Below are positions 18,364-28,309 of a stretch of 32,000 nt of DNA, one piece after another. Source of the stretch: Bacillus subtilis subsp. subtilis str. 168 (GTDB taxonomy: Bacteria > Bacillota > Bacilli > Bacillales > Bacillaceae); contig NC_000964.3 in assembly GCF_000009045.1 (NCBI RefSeq), positions 3,600,001 through 3,632,000 on the forward strand. Reading direction: 5' to 3'. The first letter of the stretch is position 1. Every line of letters starts with the position of its first letter. A model generated the notes under the pieces. That model was not told the origin of the DNA and did not search any database. It saw nothing but the letters and a program-made list of their open reading frames with translations. The translations under genes were made by a program, and so were the position numbers.

Positions 18364-18933
18364 TTGAGACCGACAAACAAGAGAATCCTTGATGCTGCCA
18401 TGCAGCTGCTCGTCAAAAAAGGATATCGCGCAACGACTACAAAAGAAATTGCAGAAAAAGCAAATGTAAGTGAAGCGACGATTTTCAGGAACTTTAAAAA
18501 CAAACAAGGACTAGTTGAGGCTTTGCTTTCTCAGCATTCTTCAAACAGAGGCAGCATTTTGGAACAAACAGAAGGGGATTTGTACAAAGACCTGCTTCAT
18601 ATCGGAACCTGTCTCTTGGAGGAGCTCGAACATAGAAAAGATATCATTAAAATCAGCTTTCGTGAACCGGCCATGTTTCAGGATGTCATTAACCACGTCA
18701 CTGAATATCCCCAATCTATGAAACAGCTATTGGTTGATTATCTCAAAACGATGGGTGAGAAAGGGGTTATTCAGACAGGAAATGAAGCGGAACATGCCGA
18801 CGTGTTCATGTCGATTATCTTCGGTTATTTCATTCACCGTCTCCACTTAGGAGACCGGGTCATATCAATGCCCCAGGAAAAAATGCTGGAGCATAGCACA
18901 GCTCTATTTGTCAAAGGAATTTCTGCTGATTAA
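18364..18933 (+). CDS. yvkB: TetR/AcrR-family transcriptional regulator
   Basis: TTG start with SD GAGGTGA. N-terminal HTH ILDAAMQLLVKKGYRATTTKEIAEKANVSEATIFRNFKNKQGL. 189 aa. Confidence 0.88.
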   Translation: MRPTNKRILDAAMQLLVKKGYRATTTKEIAEKANVSEATIFRNFKNKQGLVEALLSQHSSNRGSILEQTEGDLYKDLLHIGTCLLEELEHRKDIIKISFREPAMFQDVINHVTEYPQSMKQLLVDYLKTMGEKGVIQTGNEAEHADVFMSIIFGYFIHRLHLGDRVISMPQEKMLEHSTALFVKGISAD

Positions 18934-18963
18934 CTCCTTGGCATAATAAAAAGGAGGATCCCA

Positions 18964-20298
18964 ATGAGCTCAAGAAAAGAATGGGCGCTGATCGTCTCGC
19001 TATTATTGGGGGCCATTCTGGTTCCCATTAACTCAACGATGATCGCGGTCGCGCTCTCATCTATTTCCCATACGTATAACGAGTCCATCGCAAGCATCAC
19101 TTGGGTGGTTACCGTTTATTTAATCGTGATGGCAGTCACACAGCCGATTGCAGGAAAGCTCGGTGACATGTACGGCAATAAAACAATGTACTTATGGGGA
19201 GTCGGCCTTTTTCTAATCGCATCTCTAGGCTGCGCCCTTTCACCGAGTCTGCTCCTGTTAATTGTCTTTCGGGCATTGCAGGCTGTCGGCGGGGCATTGC
19301 TTACGCCAAACAGCATTGCCATTATCCGGCATGTTGTTTCTGAAAAACGCCTACCGAAAGTGTTTGGATTTTTCGGACTGGGCGCGGGACTTGGTGCAGC
19401 ACTCGGGCCTTTTATCGGCTCTATACTGATTGACAGCTTCAGCTGGCATTCGATTTTTTGGGTCAACATCCCGTTCCTCGCCATTGCTTTATTTACGGCA
19501 TTAACGATGTTTCCTCAATATAAAGAAAATAAATCTGACGCGCCGCTGGATATCATCGGCTCTCTCTTGCTTGCAGGCAGCATCGTTTCCATTATCCTGC
19601 TGACGAAAAATGAGGCTCCATGGGGATATACTGTATACAGTGTATTGATACTTCTTTTTGTTCCGCTTTTTTTCAGAAGAGAAAAACGTACCCAGCACCC
19701 CATCATTGACTTTGCACTGTTTAAAAGCTCAACCTTTACAAATGCGAATCTATCAGTCTTGTTAAGCAATTTGATGATGTATGCCGTCTTATTGATTATG
19801 CCGTTATTTATGACGAACCAATTTGGGCTTAATACATCTAACAGCGGGATGGCGCTTTCTGTATTTTCGATCTTCATGTCAGCCAGCAACTGGGTGGGCG
19901 CGCAGCTCCATCACAAATGGGGAGCCAAAAAAATCATTTTTCTTTCATTTGCCATGATGGCTGGTGCGAATCTATTATTTTTGCTGTTAAGCAGCTCGCA
20001 TTCTGTCTTGTTCCTCATGCTCTCTCTTATCCTTGGCGGGCTCGCTTCCGGAGTCGGTCTGACCAGCATGCAGGTTTCATCCCTTGCCACAGTAGACCCC
20101 GGTATGTCAGGAGTGGCATCTGGGATTTTCTCGACCTTCCGTTATTTCGGAAGCATCATTTCATCAGCCTTAATTGGCCTGATTTCGGGATATCACACCC
20201 TATTTATGATTCTCTTTGCTGTATCCATCATCGGCGTTTTTGTTTCATTGGGCATCAAATCTGATGAAACGGCACGGATAGAAAAAAACTCAGCGTAA
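18964..20298 (+). CDS. yvkA: 14-TMS MFS drug:H+ antiporter-type (DHA2/EmrB-like) efflux protein
   Basis: 444 aa with SD AAAGGAGG. MFS motif GKLGDMYGNK. Lies 30 nt after yvkB. Confidence 0.85.
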   Translation: MSSRKEWALIVSLLLGAILVPINSTMIAVALSSISHTYNESIASITWVVTVYLIVMAVTQPIAGKLGDMYGNKTMYLWGVGLFLIASLGCALSPSLLLLIVFRALQAVGGALLTPNSIAIIRHVVSEKRLPKVFGFFGLGAGLGAALGPFIGSILIDSFSWHSIFWVNIPFLAIALFTALTMFPQYKENKSDAPLDIIGSLLLAGSIVSIILLTKNEAPWGYTVYSVLILLFVPLFFRREKRTQHPIIDFALFKSSTFTNANLSVLLSNLMMYAVLLIMPLFMTNQFGLNTSNSGMALSVFSIFMSASNWVGAQLHHKWGAKKIIFLSFAMMAGANLLFLLLSSSHSVLFLMLSLILGGLASGVGLTSMQVSSLATVDPGMSGVASGIFSTFRYFGSIISSALIGLISGYHTLFMILFAVSIIGVFVSLGIKSDETARIEKNSA

Positions 20299-20305
20299 CA
20301 CAAAA

Positions 20306-20347
20306 CAGCCCGGCATCGCATCATCCTGCGGTGCCGGGCTGCCTTTT
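20306..20347. terminator. Bidirectional terminator between yvkA (+) and minJ (-)
   Basis: CAGCCCGGCA-T-CGCA-tcatcc-TGCG-G-TGCCGGGCTG. Followed by CCTTTT on the + strand and TTTTG on the - strand. Confidence 0.85.
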
Positions 20348-21539
20348 ATGATCCCGAAGCGACTGCTTCGTCTTCACGGTCATCCTTTACGAAGAGGATG
20401 CCCAATTCATGATGTTCTCCTTCATAAGAAGCTCGCTGGTCAAAACGAATTTCTCCATTCAAACCGATAATTTCAAGCTTTACATATGCACGGTTATGCT
20501 GAAGCGCTTCATAGAAATCAGAAACGTTCTTAACCGGTATGCCATTGACTTTCGTTATGATTTCCCCGATTTTCAATTCCAGATCCTCAGCCGGCGTATT
20601 GGGGATAATCCCAAGCACCATTAAGCCCTGATCCCTTTTCGAGAAATAAAACGGAGCCGCGTTATCATTCACTCTTTGCTTTATGGACAGAAAAATACGC
20701 CCTAACAAAGCGGTACAGACCGCTGCACCCGCAAGCGGCGTCCACAGTAAGCTCGCTGCACCGAGAACTGCGACGGCAAGACCGAGAATACAAACGCGTT
20801 TCGCTGTGATCCTTATACTCGTTTCAGGCAGCGATCCCTGTACCCTTTGTCCAAATCCGACAAAGTAAGGAATCCATAGAAAATGGAATGAGCCGCCGGG
20901 AACCGTAAACACGGGCCACCAGCTAAGGTGCGATTCTAAACCATTACCGGGCACGAGAAGGAACAGCGGCAAAAGCCAAACCCGGTTTGCCAGCTGCTGT
21001 CCGATCGGCAAACCGCGGCTGCTTACGACAAGTGCCGGTGATGTTCTCACATGCGCAGAACGATAAGCAACCGCTCCTTCAGTGATAATCAGCAAACCTA
21101 GAAACACAGCCACAGCCGGCCAAACAACTGCAAATCCTTGCGGAAATCTCTCCAGAAAGGGCTCCGCCTGATATATTTGCAGTCCAAAACCTATCAGCAT
21201 ACTCACACTGACGATATATGCAGCAGACATCCAGTTTGCGCGAAGAGTGAACGCTGCCGCTGCAGTGATAACGGCAATAATCGCAAGTAAACCGAGAGGA
21301 ATCGATATTCCGAGTCCACCTAAAATAACTGACAAAAGAAGACCTGGAATCAGTCCCTTTGTATATGTAAATTTCAGATCATCATAAATATCTGCTATTC
21401 TTGTATGAAAGGTTTTTCGTTCCCGTTTGATTCTTACATAGCCGAAAGCCAAGGTTATGATGATAAAAAACCAGAAAAGCGGGTGTAAGAAGAACAAGCC
21501 CGCGCTTTTTAACAGTTCAATTCCCCATTGAACAGACAC
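20346..21539 (-). CDS. minJ: Division-site topological determinant, polytopic membrane protein with a C-terminal PDZ domain
   Basis: 397 aa, GTG start. Multiple TM helices followed by a PDZ-like region LELKIGEIITKVNGIPVKNVSDFYEAL. Confidence 0.9.
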   Translation of the reverse strand: MSVQWGIELLKSAGLFFLHPLFWFFIIITLAFGYVRIKRERKTFHTRIADIYDDLKFTYTKGLIPGLLLSVILGGLGISIPLGLLAIIAVITAAAAFTLRANWMSAAYIVSVSMLIGFGLQIYQAEPFLERFPQGFAVVWPAVAVFLGLLIITEGAVAYRSAHVRTSPALVVSSRGLPIGQQLANRVWLLPLFLLVPGNGLESHLSWWPVFTVPGGSFHFLWIPYFVGFGQRVQGSLPETSIRITAKRVCILGLAVAVLGAASLLWTPLAGAAVCTALLGRIFLSIKQRVNDNAAPFYFSKRDQGLMVLGIIPNTPAEDLELKIGEIITKVNGIPVKNVSDFYEALQHNRAYVKLEIIGLNGEIRFDQRASYEGEHHELGILFVKDDREDEAVASGS

Positions 21540-21617
21540 TATCTCTCACCGCCTCAAGCCAAACATGTTACTCATATTCTATCAAATATTAAATGGCTTG
21601 GATATCCTCAGGAGAGT

Positions 21618-21972
21618 TTATCTCTCTTGCGTCATCCACAGCGTGACATTCGATAGTGAAAAATCCTTTAAATAGTGGTTTACATCCACATCCAATAACC
21701 CGCTGATTAGATGCATCGACCTTTTTATATCTGTCAGATTAATTCCTAATCGCTTATGGTTTTTCATTAAGTAGTTAAAATAATGTTTGGCGCATTCCTC
21801 ATTAATGTCATTTACTGATTCGACATTGGTGTAATTGACCAAATATCTGCTGAACAGCATAAGAAGACTTAGTGCTTTTGTAGCTGAAAATGTTACGTCT
21901 TGTGTTCTGTCTTTTAATTGTTCCACTAATTCATAATATTTTTTTTTCACGCACAATACTTGCCCTCTTCAA
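21618..21972 (-). pseudogene. swrA: Swarming master-regulator gene swrA carrying the laboratory-strain +1 A insertion (frameshifted allele)
   Basis: From TTG 21972 the frame reads MKRASIVREKKIL-stop. With one fewer A it would read MKRASIVREKKYYELVEQLKD..., continuing into track ORF 21618..21956. Confidence 0.85.
21939..21947 (-). repeat. Homopolymeric A9 (T9 on +) tract inside swrA, a slipped-strand phase-variation site
   Basis: Counted directly: ...tcataata TTTTTTTTT cacgc... Confidence 0.9.
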
Positions 21973-22215
21973 TTGTGAACCCCCATTTTCTTTATACAGA
22001 TAAGCACGGGCCAGTATAAGCAGCAGTACTGGAGTGCTAACAAGCATTCTCGCTAACGTTACTCTTTAAATACCTGTCGTTCAGCTGCCATTAACCTGAT
22101 TACTGTTCTTTTTAGAACCTTCTTATATTGTATGAAGTAAACAAAGACTAGGCAACTTGCAAAAGTTTCATTTTAAATGCATATTAACTCGTTAGAAAGT
22201 CTCTCTCATATATTG

Positions 22216-22239
22216 ATATCGGGTAATAACAGTCCTTTA
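22216..22239 (-). promoter_or_regulatory. Possible sigmaD-type promoter element upstream of swrA (TAAA ... CCCGATAT)
   Basis: The minus strand has CCGATAT (a -10 core match), but TAAA lies only 12 nt upstream, shorter than the usual spacing of about 15. Confidence 0.3.
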
Positions 22240-22321
22240 TAAATGTTTATTTGTGAAAATTTTTTTAATTTCTTGTCAAAAACTCATTTTTTATGTGACT
22301 TATGATCCATAATCTCTTTAA

Positions 22322-22355
22322 GCACAAAGAAACAGGAGATGAAATACCATCTCCT
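22322..22355 (-). terminator. ctpB terminator
   Basis: Minus strand: AGGAGATG-gtattt-CATCTCCT followed by GTTTCTTTG, directly after the ctpB stop. Confidence 0.7.
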
Positions 22356-23798
22356 TTAATTGACAAATAATGATTTCAATGCTGTTTGAAGCTGCAAATC
22401 ATTTTTTTCATCTGATTTTTTCTTTTCTATCTGCTGATTTAATGTCTCTGCAGTGCGAGTGTCGATCACACCGGTTTTATTCAGCTTGTTTTGATCCTGA
22501 AAAGCCATAACCGCTTTTTTCATGTCTTTGCTGAAATAGCCATCCTCACGTCCCGGATCAAAGCTGAGACCTTTTAACAATACCTGCGCATGCTTGACGT
22601 CTTCATTGTTCATGTCCACTTTAAGCGGCTCTTTCAGCTGTAAGGGCCCGGCGGAAAAATAATCGGGCTGCTTAATCGCAATGGTCGGTTCAATTCCTTT
22701 CTTATGAATCCAGTTTCCATTTGGCGTCAGCCACTTGTAAAGCGTTAATTTGATGTTGCTGCCGTCCCCCATTGGCACAGCCTGTTGAACCGTTCCCTTT
22801 CCAAAAGACGTATCGCCTACAACATCATAATGGCCAGCTTCCTTTAATGCGCCGGCAAGAATTTCTGATGCAGAGGCACTTCCTTTATCCGTAATCACAT
22901 TGACAGGGTACGCTTTTTTATGGGTCAATGTTGAAAAATAACGTTTTTTATCTCCATTGCGTTCAGCAATCTGAATATACGGCTGATCCTTTGTAACGAA
23001 ATGCTTAAGAATTTCTTCCACACTTTGAAGATATCCACCCGGGTTGCCGCGTACATCAATGACAAGTCCTTCTATTTCTTTTTTCTCAAGCTCCCTCAGC
23101 GCTTTTGCAAAATCCTCTGCGGTGTGCTCAGAAAAAGTAGAGATGGCAATATATCCGACAGAATGCCCCTGTACTTTTTTCTCTGATGCAAAAACCGTTT
23201 CGAGCGGAATCTCAGCTCTCTTGATCCGGAATGACAACTGCTTCTTCGTTCCAGGCCGCTGAATCTTCATTGAAACGCTGGACCCTTTTTTTCCTCTTAT
23301 TTTTAACACAGCGTGGTTTAAATCCTTGCCGGCCATCGATTCTCCATTGATGCTGATAATTTCATCATTAGGCTTCAACCCGGCTTTTTCCGCTGGCGAT
23401 TTCTTGAATGGAGAAACAATAATAATTTTGCCGTCTTCCATTCCAACCTCAGCCCCGATGCCTTCAAATGAGGAATCAAGAGAATCAGAAAATTGCTTAG
23501 CTGTCTGCTTGTCCATGTAAACAGAATAAGGATCATTTAGCGTAGACAGCATTCCCTGGATGGCTCCCTCGAGCAGCTTTTCTCTATCTACTTTTTCTAC
23601 GTACTCATTCGAAATTAACTCATACGCTTTTTCGATTTTGTCCATAGCTTTATCCCGTTCAGAGTCAGCTTGTGCCGTCGCGGGAACTGCTGCAGTCTGG
23701 GGCTTATCCATCTCAAGCAGGTTGATTCCCGCATATACACCGGCGCCTCCGAACAGCATGCTCCCTGCTGCTATCACAGCCATTATTTTTTGATTCAT
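22356..23798 (-). CDS. ctpB: Carboxy-terminal processing serine protease (S41) with a PDZ domain and a C-terminal peptidoglycan-binding domain; sporulation signalling protease
   Basis: 480 aa, SD AGGAGGAG, N-terminal signal/TM. PDZ region GLKPNDEIISINGESM. Catalytic region ITDKGSASASEILAGALKE. PG_binding_1-like tail. Confidence 0.92.
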   Translation of the reverse strand: MNQKIMAVIAAGSMLFGGAGVYAGINLLEMDKPQTAAVPATAQADSERDKAMDKIEKAYELISNEYVEKVDREKLLEGAIQGMLSTLNDPYSVYMDKQTAKQFSDSLDSSFEGIGAEVGMEDGKIIIVSPFKKSPAEKAGLKPNDEIISINGESMAGKDLNHAVLKIRGKKGSSVSMKIQRPGTKKQLSFRIKRAEIPLETVFASEKKVQGHSVGYIAISTFSEHTAEDFAKALRELEKKEIEGLVIDVRGNPGGYLQSVEEILKHFVTKDQPYIQIAERNGDKKRYFSTLTHKKAYPVNVITDKGSASASEILAGALKEAGHYDVVGDTSFGKGTVQQAVPMGDGSNIKLTLYKWLTPNGNWIHKKGIEPTIAIKQPDYFSAGPLQLKEPLKVDMNNEDVKHAQVLLKGLSFDPGREDGYFSKDMKKAVMAFQDQNKLNKTGVIDTRTAETLNQQIEKKKSDEKNDLQLQTALKSLFVN

Positions 23799-23902
23799 CC
23801 TTTACTCCTCCTGTATGCCAGACTGTCTTTACCAAAACCTAGAGATAGTATATGTAAAGGATGGAGATTTCATGTAATCATAGAAGAAAAAGAAGGCAAA
23901 TG

Positions 23903-23932
23903 AAAAGCCGTCCCGAAAACGGAACGGCTTTT
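23903..23932 (-). terminator. ftsEX terminator (bidirectional-looking)
   Basis: AAAAGCCGT...ACGGCTTTT with an inner CCG-aaaa-CGG. U-tracts are present on both strands. Confidence 0.8.
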
Positions 23933-23937
23933 TCACT

Positions 23938-24828
23938 TTATACTCGCAGAAACTTGCGGATGGAAGTCAGACTTCCCCATACTCCAATTACTGCGCCGAT
24001 TGCAATCAGCACTAGCGAAACTTGGAATACAAATGGATTATAAGGAAGAAGAGAGACAAATGATCCTTGAACCTTTGGAACGACCCATCCGATGACGTAT
24101 TGGTAAGTGCTCAGCACCAGTGCAATCGGAATCACAGAACCGAATACGCCTAGCAGCAATCCTTCAAGGAAAAACGGCCAGCGGATAAACCAGTTTGTCG
24201 CGCCGACAAGCTTCATGATTTCAATTTCTTTTCTTCTTGCGAAAATTGTAATTTTAATGGTGTTGGAAATTAAGAACATCGCCGTAAATACCAGGCCGAT
24301 AATTAACGCGATTCCGATGTTGCGGGAAACGCCGACCACTTTAAACAAACGGCTGACCTCTTCTTTTCCATAAGTGACTTTATAAACATGATCCATTTTT
24401 TCGATCTTTTTCGCCACGTTCGGCGTATCATGCGGATCTGTCGTTTTGACGACAAACGCATCATTAAGCGGGTTTTCCTGATCCTTCATTGTCAGGGATT
24501 TTCCGCTGTCACCAAAACTGTCAACCAGCTGGTCAAGCTCTTTTTCTTTAGATGAAAAAGTGACACTCTGAATGCCCTTCAGTTCCTTAATATCGTTCTG
24601 AAGCTTGTCCTGTGCCTTCTGATCTGCAGTCAGATCAATCAGCACTTTGATTTCGACTTGTTTTTCTGCATTCGTGGCCATGTTATTCAAATTCAGCATA
24701 ATCACTAAAAACACGCCGACTAAAATCAGCGTAACGGTTACAGCACTAATGGATGCAAATGTCATCCATGTGTTTCTCCCGAGAGATTTAAAACTCTCAC
24801 GCAAGTGGCGCCCGAGAATTTTAATCAT
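23938..24828 (-). CDS. ftsX: Cell-division ABC-transporter-like permease FtsX
   Basis: The track ORF runs to 24891 inside ftsE. ATG 24828 (MIKILGRHLRESF...) overlaps the ftsE stop by 8 nt and gives 296 aa. Four TM helices and a large extracellular loop. Confidence 0.9.
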   Translation of the reverse strand: MIKILGRHLRESFKSLGRNTWMTFASISAVTVTLILVGVFLVIMLNLNNMATNAEKQVEIKVLIDLTADQKAQDKLQNDIKELKGIQSVTFSSKEKELDQLVDSFGDSGKSLTMKDQENPLNDAFVVKTTDPHDTPNVAKKIEKMDHVYKVTYGKEEVSRLFKVVGVSRNIGIALIIGLVFTAMFLISNTIKITIFARRKEIEIMKLVGATNWFIRWPFFLEGLLLGVFGSVIPIALVLSTYQYVIGWVVPKVQGSFVSLLPYNPFVFQVSLVLIAIGAVIGVWGSLTSIRKFLRV

Positions 24829-25507
24829 ATGAACCATACTCCCCTCTTGACTCATCACGCACAATGATACCATCTTCGATTGCAATGACACGTTTCTTCA
24901 TGGTGTTTACGATTTCTTTATTATGTGTCGCCATCACGACTGTTGTCCCGCGGTTGTTAATTTCCTCCAGCGTCTTCATGACTTCCCAGGACGTATCCGG
25001 ATCAAGGTTTCCTGTCGGTTCATCAGCAATGACAACATCAGGGTTGTTCACAATTGATCTGGCAATAGATACACGCTGCTGCTCCCCGCCTGAAAGCTGG
25101 TCAGGAAATTGTCGCGCTTTATGCTTCAGCTGCACGAGATCAAGCACTTCAAGCACCCGTTTCTTAATGACAGACGGCTGTTCTCCAATCACTTCAAGGG
25201 CAAATGCCACATTTTCAAAAACAGTAAGTTTCGGAAGAAGCTTGAAATCCTGAAAGACAACACCTATTTTGCGGCGCACGAAAGGAATCTCTTTTTCTTT
25301 AATTGTCGCGAGATCTTTATGATTGATTAAAATTTGTCCTTTTGTCGGTTTTTCTTCTCTGTAAATCATTTTAATAAAAGTAGATTTACCTGCTCCGCTC
25401 GGACCAACAACATACACAAACTCGCCGGGATGAATGGTAACAGAAATCCCATTGAGTGCTTTTACGCCGTTCGGATAGGCTTTATATACTTCCTTCATCT
25501 CTATCAT
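24821..25507 (-). CDS. ftsE: Cell-division ATP-binding protein FtsE
   Basis: 228 aa. Walker A GPSGAGKST, signature LSGGEQQRV, Walker B VVIADEPTGNLD. Confidence 0.95.
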   Translation of the reverse strand: MIEMKEVYKAYPNGVKALNGISVTIHPGEFVYVVGPSGAGKSTFIKMIYREEKPTKGQILINHKDLATIKEKEIPFVRRKIGVVFQDFKLLPKLTVFENVAFALEVIGEQPSVIKKRVLEVLDLVQLKHKARQFPDQLSGGEQQRVSIARSIVNNPDVVIADEPTGNLDPDTSWEVMKTLEEINNRGTTVVMATHNKEIVNTMKKRVIAIEDGIIVRDESRGEYGSYD

Positions 25508-25665
25508 GAAATCACCTAATCTTTTATATCATTTTATCTATCACACGGTCATACTCTTCGAATGCATTCGACAATTTATGACCCATTCATTTGTAAAAAG
25601 ATGAAAAATCTGAAAGTTCCCTTTTTCAATACACTTCATTATACGTCAAATTTAGACATAATACT

Positions 25666-25695
25666 ATTACAGTTTCTTTTCATTCATATTGTCAA
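25666..25695 (-). promoter_or_regulatory. Candidate sigmaA promoter of ftsEX (TTGACA-N18-TGTAAT)
   Basis: Minus strand: TTGACA (25695-25690), 18-nt spacer, TGTAAT (25671-25666). Confidence 0.35.
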
Positions 25696-25700
25696 GGCAT

Positions 25701-25737
25701 AAAAACATCCTTGCCAGCACTCGGCAAGGATGTTTTT
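25701..25737 (-). terminator. cccB terminator (symmetrical)
   Basis: AAAAACATCCTTGCC-agcactc-GGCAAGGATGTTTTT, a perfect 15-nt arm including the A and T runs. Confidence 0.88.
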
Positions 25738-25740
25738 ATC

Positions 25741-26079
25741 TTACTTTTTTTCTGACAGCCATTTGGCAATAACAGCGGCTTCGTTATCATCTACAAGCCC
25801 CTTTGGCATATTGCCGCGGCCGTTTTTAATAATGCTTTCAATTTTGTGTTCATCGTATTTGCCTCCGACCTCTTGGAGATTAGGCCCTGACACACCTTCT
25901 AAATCCTTGCCGTGGCAGCCTACGCAGCTTTGCTGATATAATTCTTCCCCTTCAGATGCAGTGGCTTCCGTCTTGCTGCCAGTGTCTGTCTTCTCTTCTT
26001 TTGCATCGTTTGATCCGCAGGCAGCCAACAGAACAGAAAGCGCAAATCCAATCATTAGTATCGATAACTTTGATTTCAT
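25741..26079 (-). CDS. cccB: Lipoprotein cytochrome c551
   Basis: MKSKLSILMIGFALSVLLAACGS (lipobox LAAC) and heme motif CVGCH. An alternative GTG at 26091 is too close to the SD. Confidence 0.88.
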   Translation of the reverse strand: MKSKLSILMIGFALSVLLAACGSNDAKEEKTDTGSKTEATASEGEELYQQSCVGCHGKDLEGVSGPNLQEVGGKYDEHKIESIIKNGRGNMPKGLVDDNEAAVIAKWLSEKK

Positions 26080-26127
26080 GTTGAGAAGCACAACTCCTTT
26101 ACGATCTCTTCCATATTATAACCTCGT

Positions 26128-26976
26128 TTAAGCGCGTTTGAAACCCTCGCCCAGCACCTCGCTCGCGTCTGCTACAATTACAAAAGCTGACTCATCAATC
26201 TGTTTGACGATTTGTTTCAATTTGGTGAATTCAGTTTGCCCAACCACGCACATTAAAATCGGACGGTCATCGTCAGTATATCCGCCGACTGCAGAAATTT
26301 TTGTCACGCCTCTGTCAATCTTCTGTAAGACAGCCTCCTTGACAGCCTGCTCCTGCTTTGTAATGATGAGCGCCATTTTTGAACGATTAAAGCCGACTTG
26401 CACAACATCAATGGTTTTGCTGGACACATAGACGCCAAGCATGGCATATAAGCCTTGCTCAATATTAAATACAATCATAGCCGTAACAACGATCATTCCG
26501 TCAATGATGGCGAGACACTTCCCCAATGACAGACCGGAGTACTTATGAATGATCTGTGCAGCCAAGGCTGTACCTCCCGTCGAACCTTTCCCTAAGTACA
26601 CAATACCAATTCCGATACCTATCCCGACACCGCCAAAAATCGCCGCCAGGAGTTCATGATGAGTGGCGGGCTGAATATCCCTTGTCAGAAACACTACTAG
26701 CGGCAAAAACACAGAACCTGCAAGCGTCTTTAGTCCAAATTTCCCGCCGAGCAAAATGACGCCAGCAATAAATAAAGGGATATTAATAATCCACTGTACA
26801 TACGCTGCTTCAAAACCATATGATTGTAAAATCGTACTGATCCCGCTGACCCCGCCGGCGGCAATCTTATTCGGAAGCAAAAATACATTAAAGGACACGG
26901 CCGTAATCGCTGCTCCTATCAATATGTATACATAATCCCGCAAAATCCACAATGTTTTATTCCGTACGTCCATCAT
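26128..26976 (-). CDS. yvjA: YitT-family (DUF2179) integral membrane protein
   Basis: The track ORF extends to 27111. GGAGG precedes ATG-ATG at 26976/26973. An alternative ATG at 27012 has GAAGGA. The start is uncertain. Confidence 0.75.
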   Translation of the reverse strand: MMDVRNKTLWILRDYVYILIGAAITAVSFNVFLLPNKIAAGGVSGISTILQSYGFEAAYVQWIINIPLFIAGVILLGGKFGLKTLAGSVFLPLVVFLTRDIQPATHHELLAAIFGGVGIGIGIGIVYLGKGSTGGTALAAQIIHKYSGLSLGKCLAIIDGMIVVTAMIVFNIEQGLYAMLGVYVSSKTIDVVQVGFNRSKMALIITKQEQAVKEAVLQKIDRGVTKISAVGGYTDDDRPILMCVVGQTEFTKLKQIVKQIDESAFVIVADASEVLGEGFKRA

Positions 26977-27057
26977 ATATCCTCCGTTTCTTCCAATGCT
27001 CTCCGATAGCATTTTAATCCTTCCCTGATTAGATGTAAATAACACCCAAATACAGTG

Positions 27058-27086
27058 GTAATATGCTAAAGCAGCAGTGAAATCAA
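27058..27086 (-). promoter_or_regulatory. Candidate sigmaA promoter of yvjA (TTGATT-N17-TATTAC)
   Basis: Read on the minus strand directly downstream of the prfB terminator. Confidence 0.35.
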
Positions 27087-27099
27087 GGATATAAGAAAT

Positions 27100-27134
27100 A
27101 AAAAAACACACCCGTATGCATCAGGTGTGTTTTT
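27100..27134 (-). terminator. prfB terminator
   Basis: Minus strand: ACACACC-tgatgcatacg-GGTGTGT followed by TTTTTTTATTTC. Confidence 0.8.
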
Positions 27135-27138
27135 CAGC

Positions 27139-28309
<1,171 letters not shown>

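Noticed and set aside
18088-18507. 139/117-aa minus-strand ORFs across the pps/yvkB junction
   Set aside because: They are antisense to two motif-supported genes, with no SD and implausible composition.
24829-24891. 21-codon N-terminal extension of ftsX overlapping ftsE
   Set aside because: It lies inside the ftsE coding sequence. The ATG at 24828, overlapping the ftsE stop, is the classic translationally coupled start.
26977-27111. 45-codon N-terminal extension of yvjA (MCFFISYILDF...)
   Set aside because: It would run through the prfB terminator and the putative yvjA promoter. Good SDs precede the internal ATGs at 27012 and 26976. The exact start remains uncertain.
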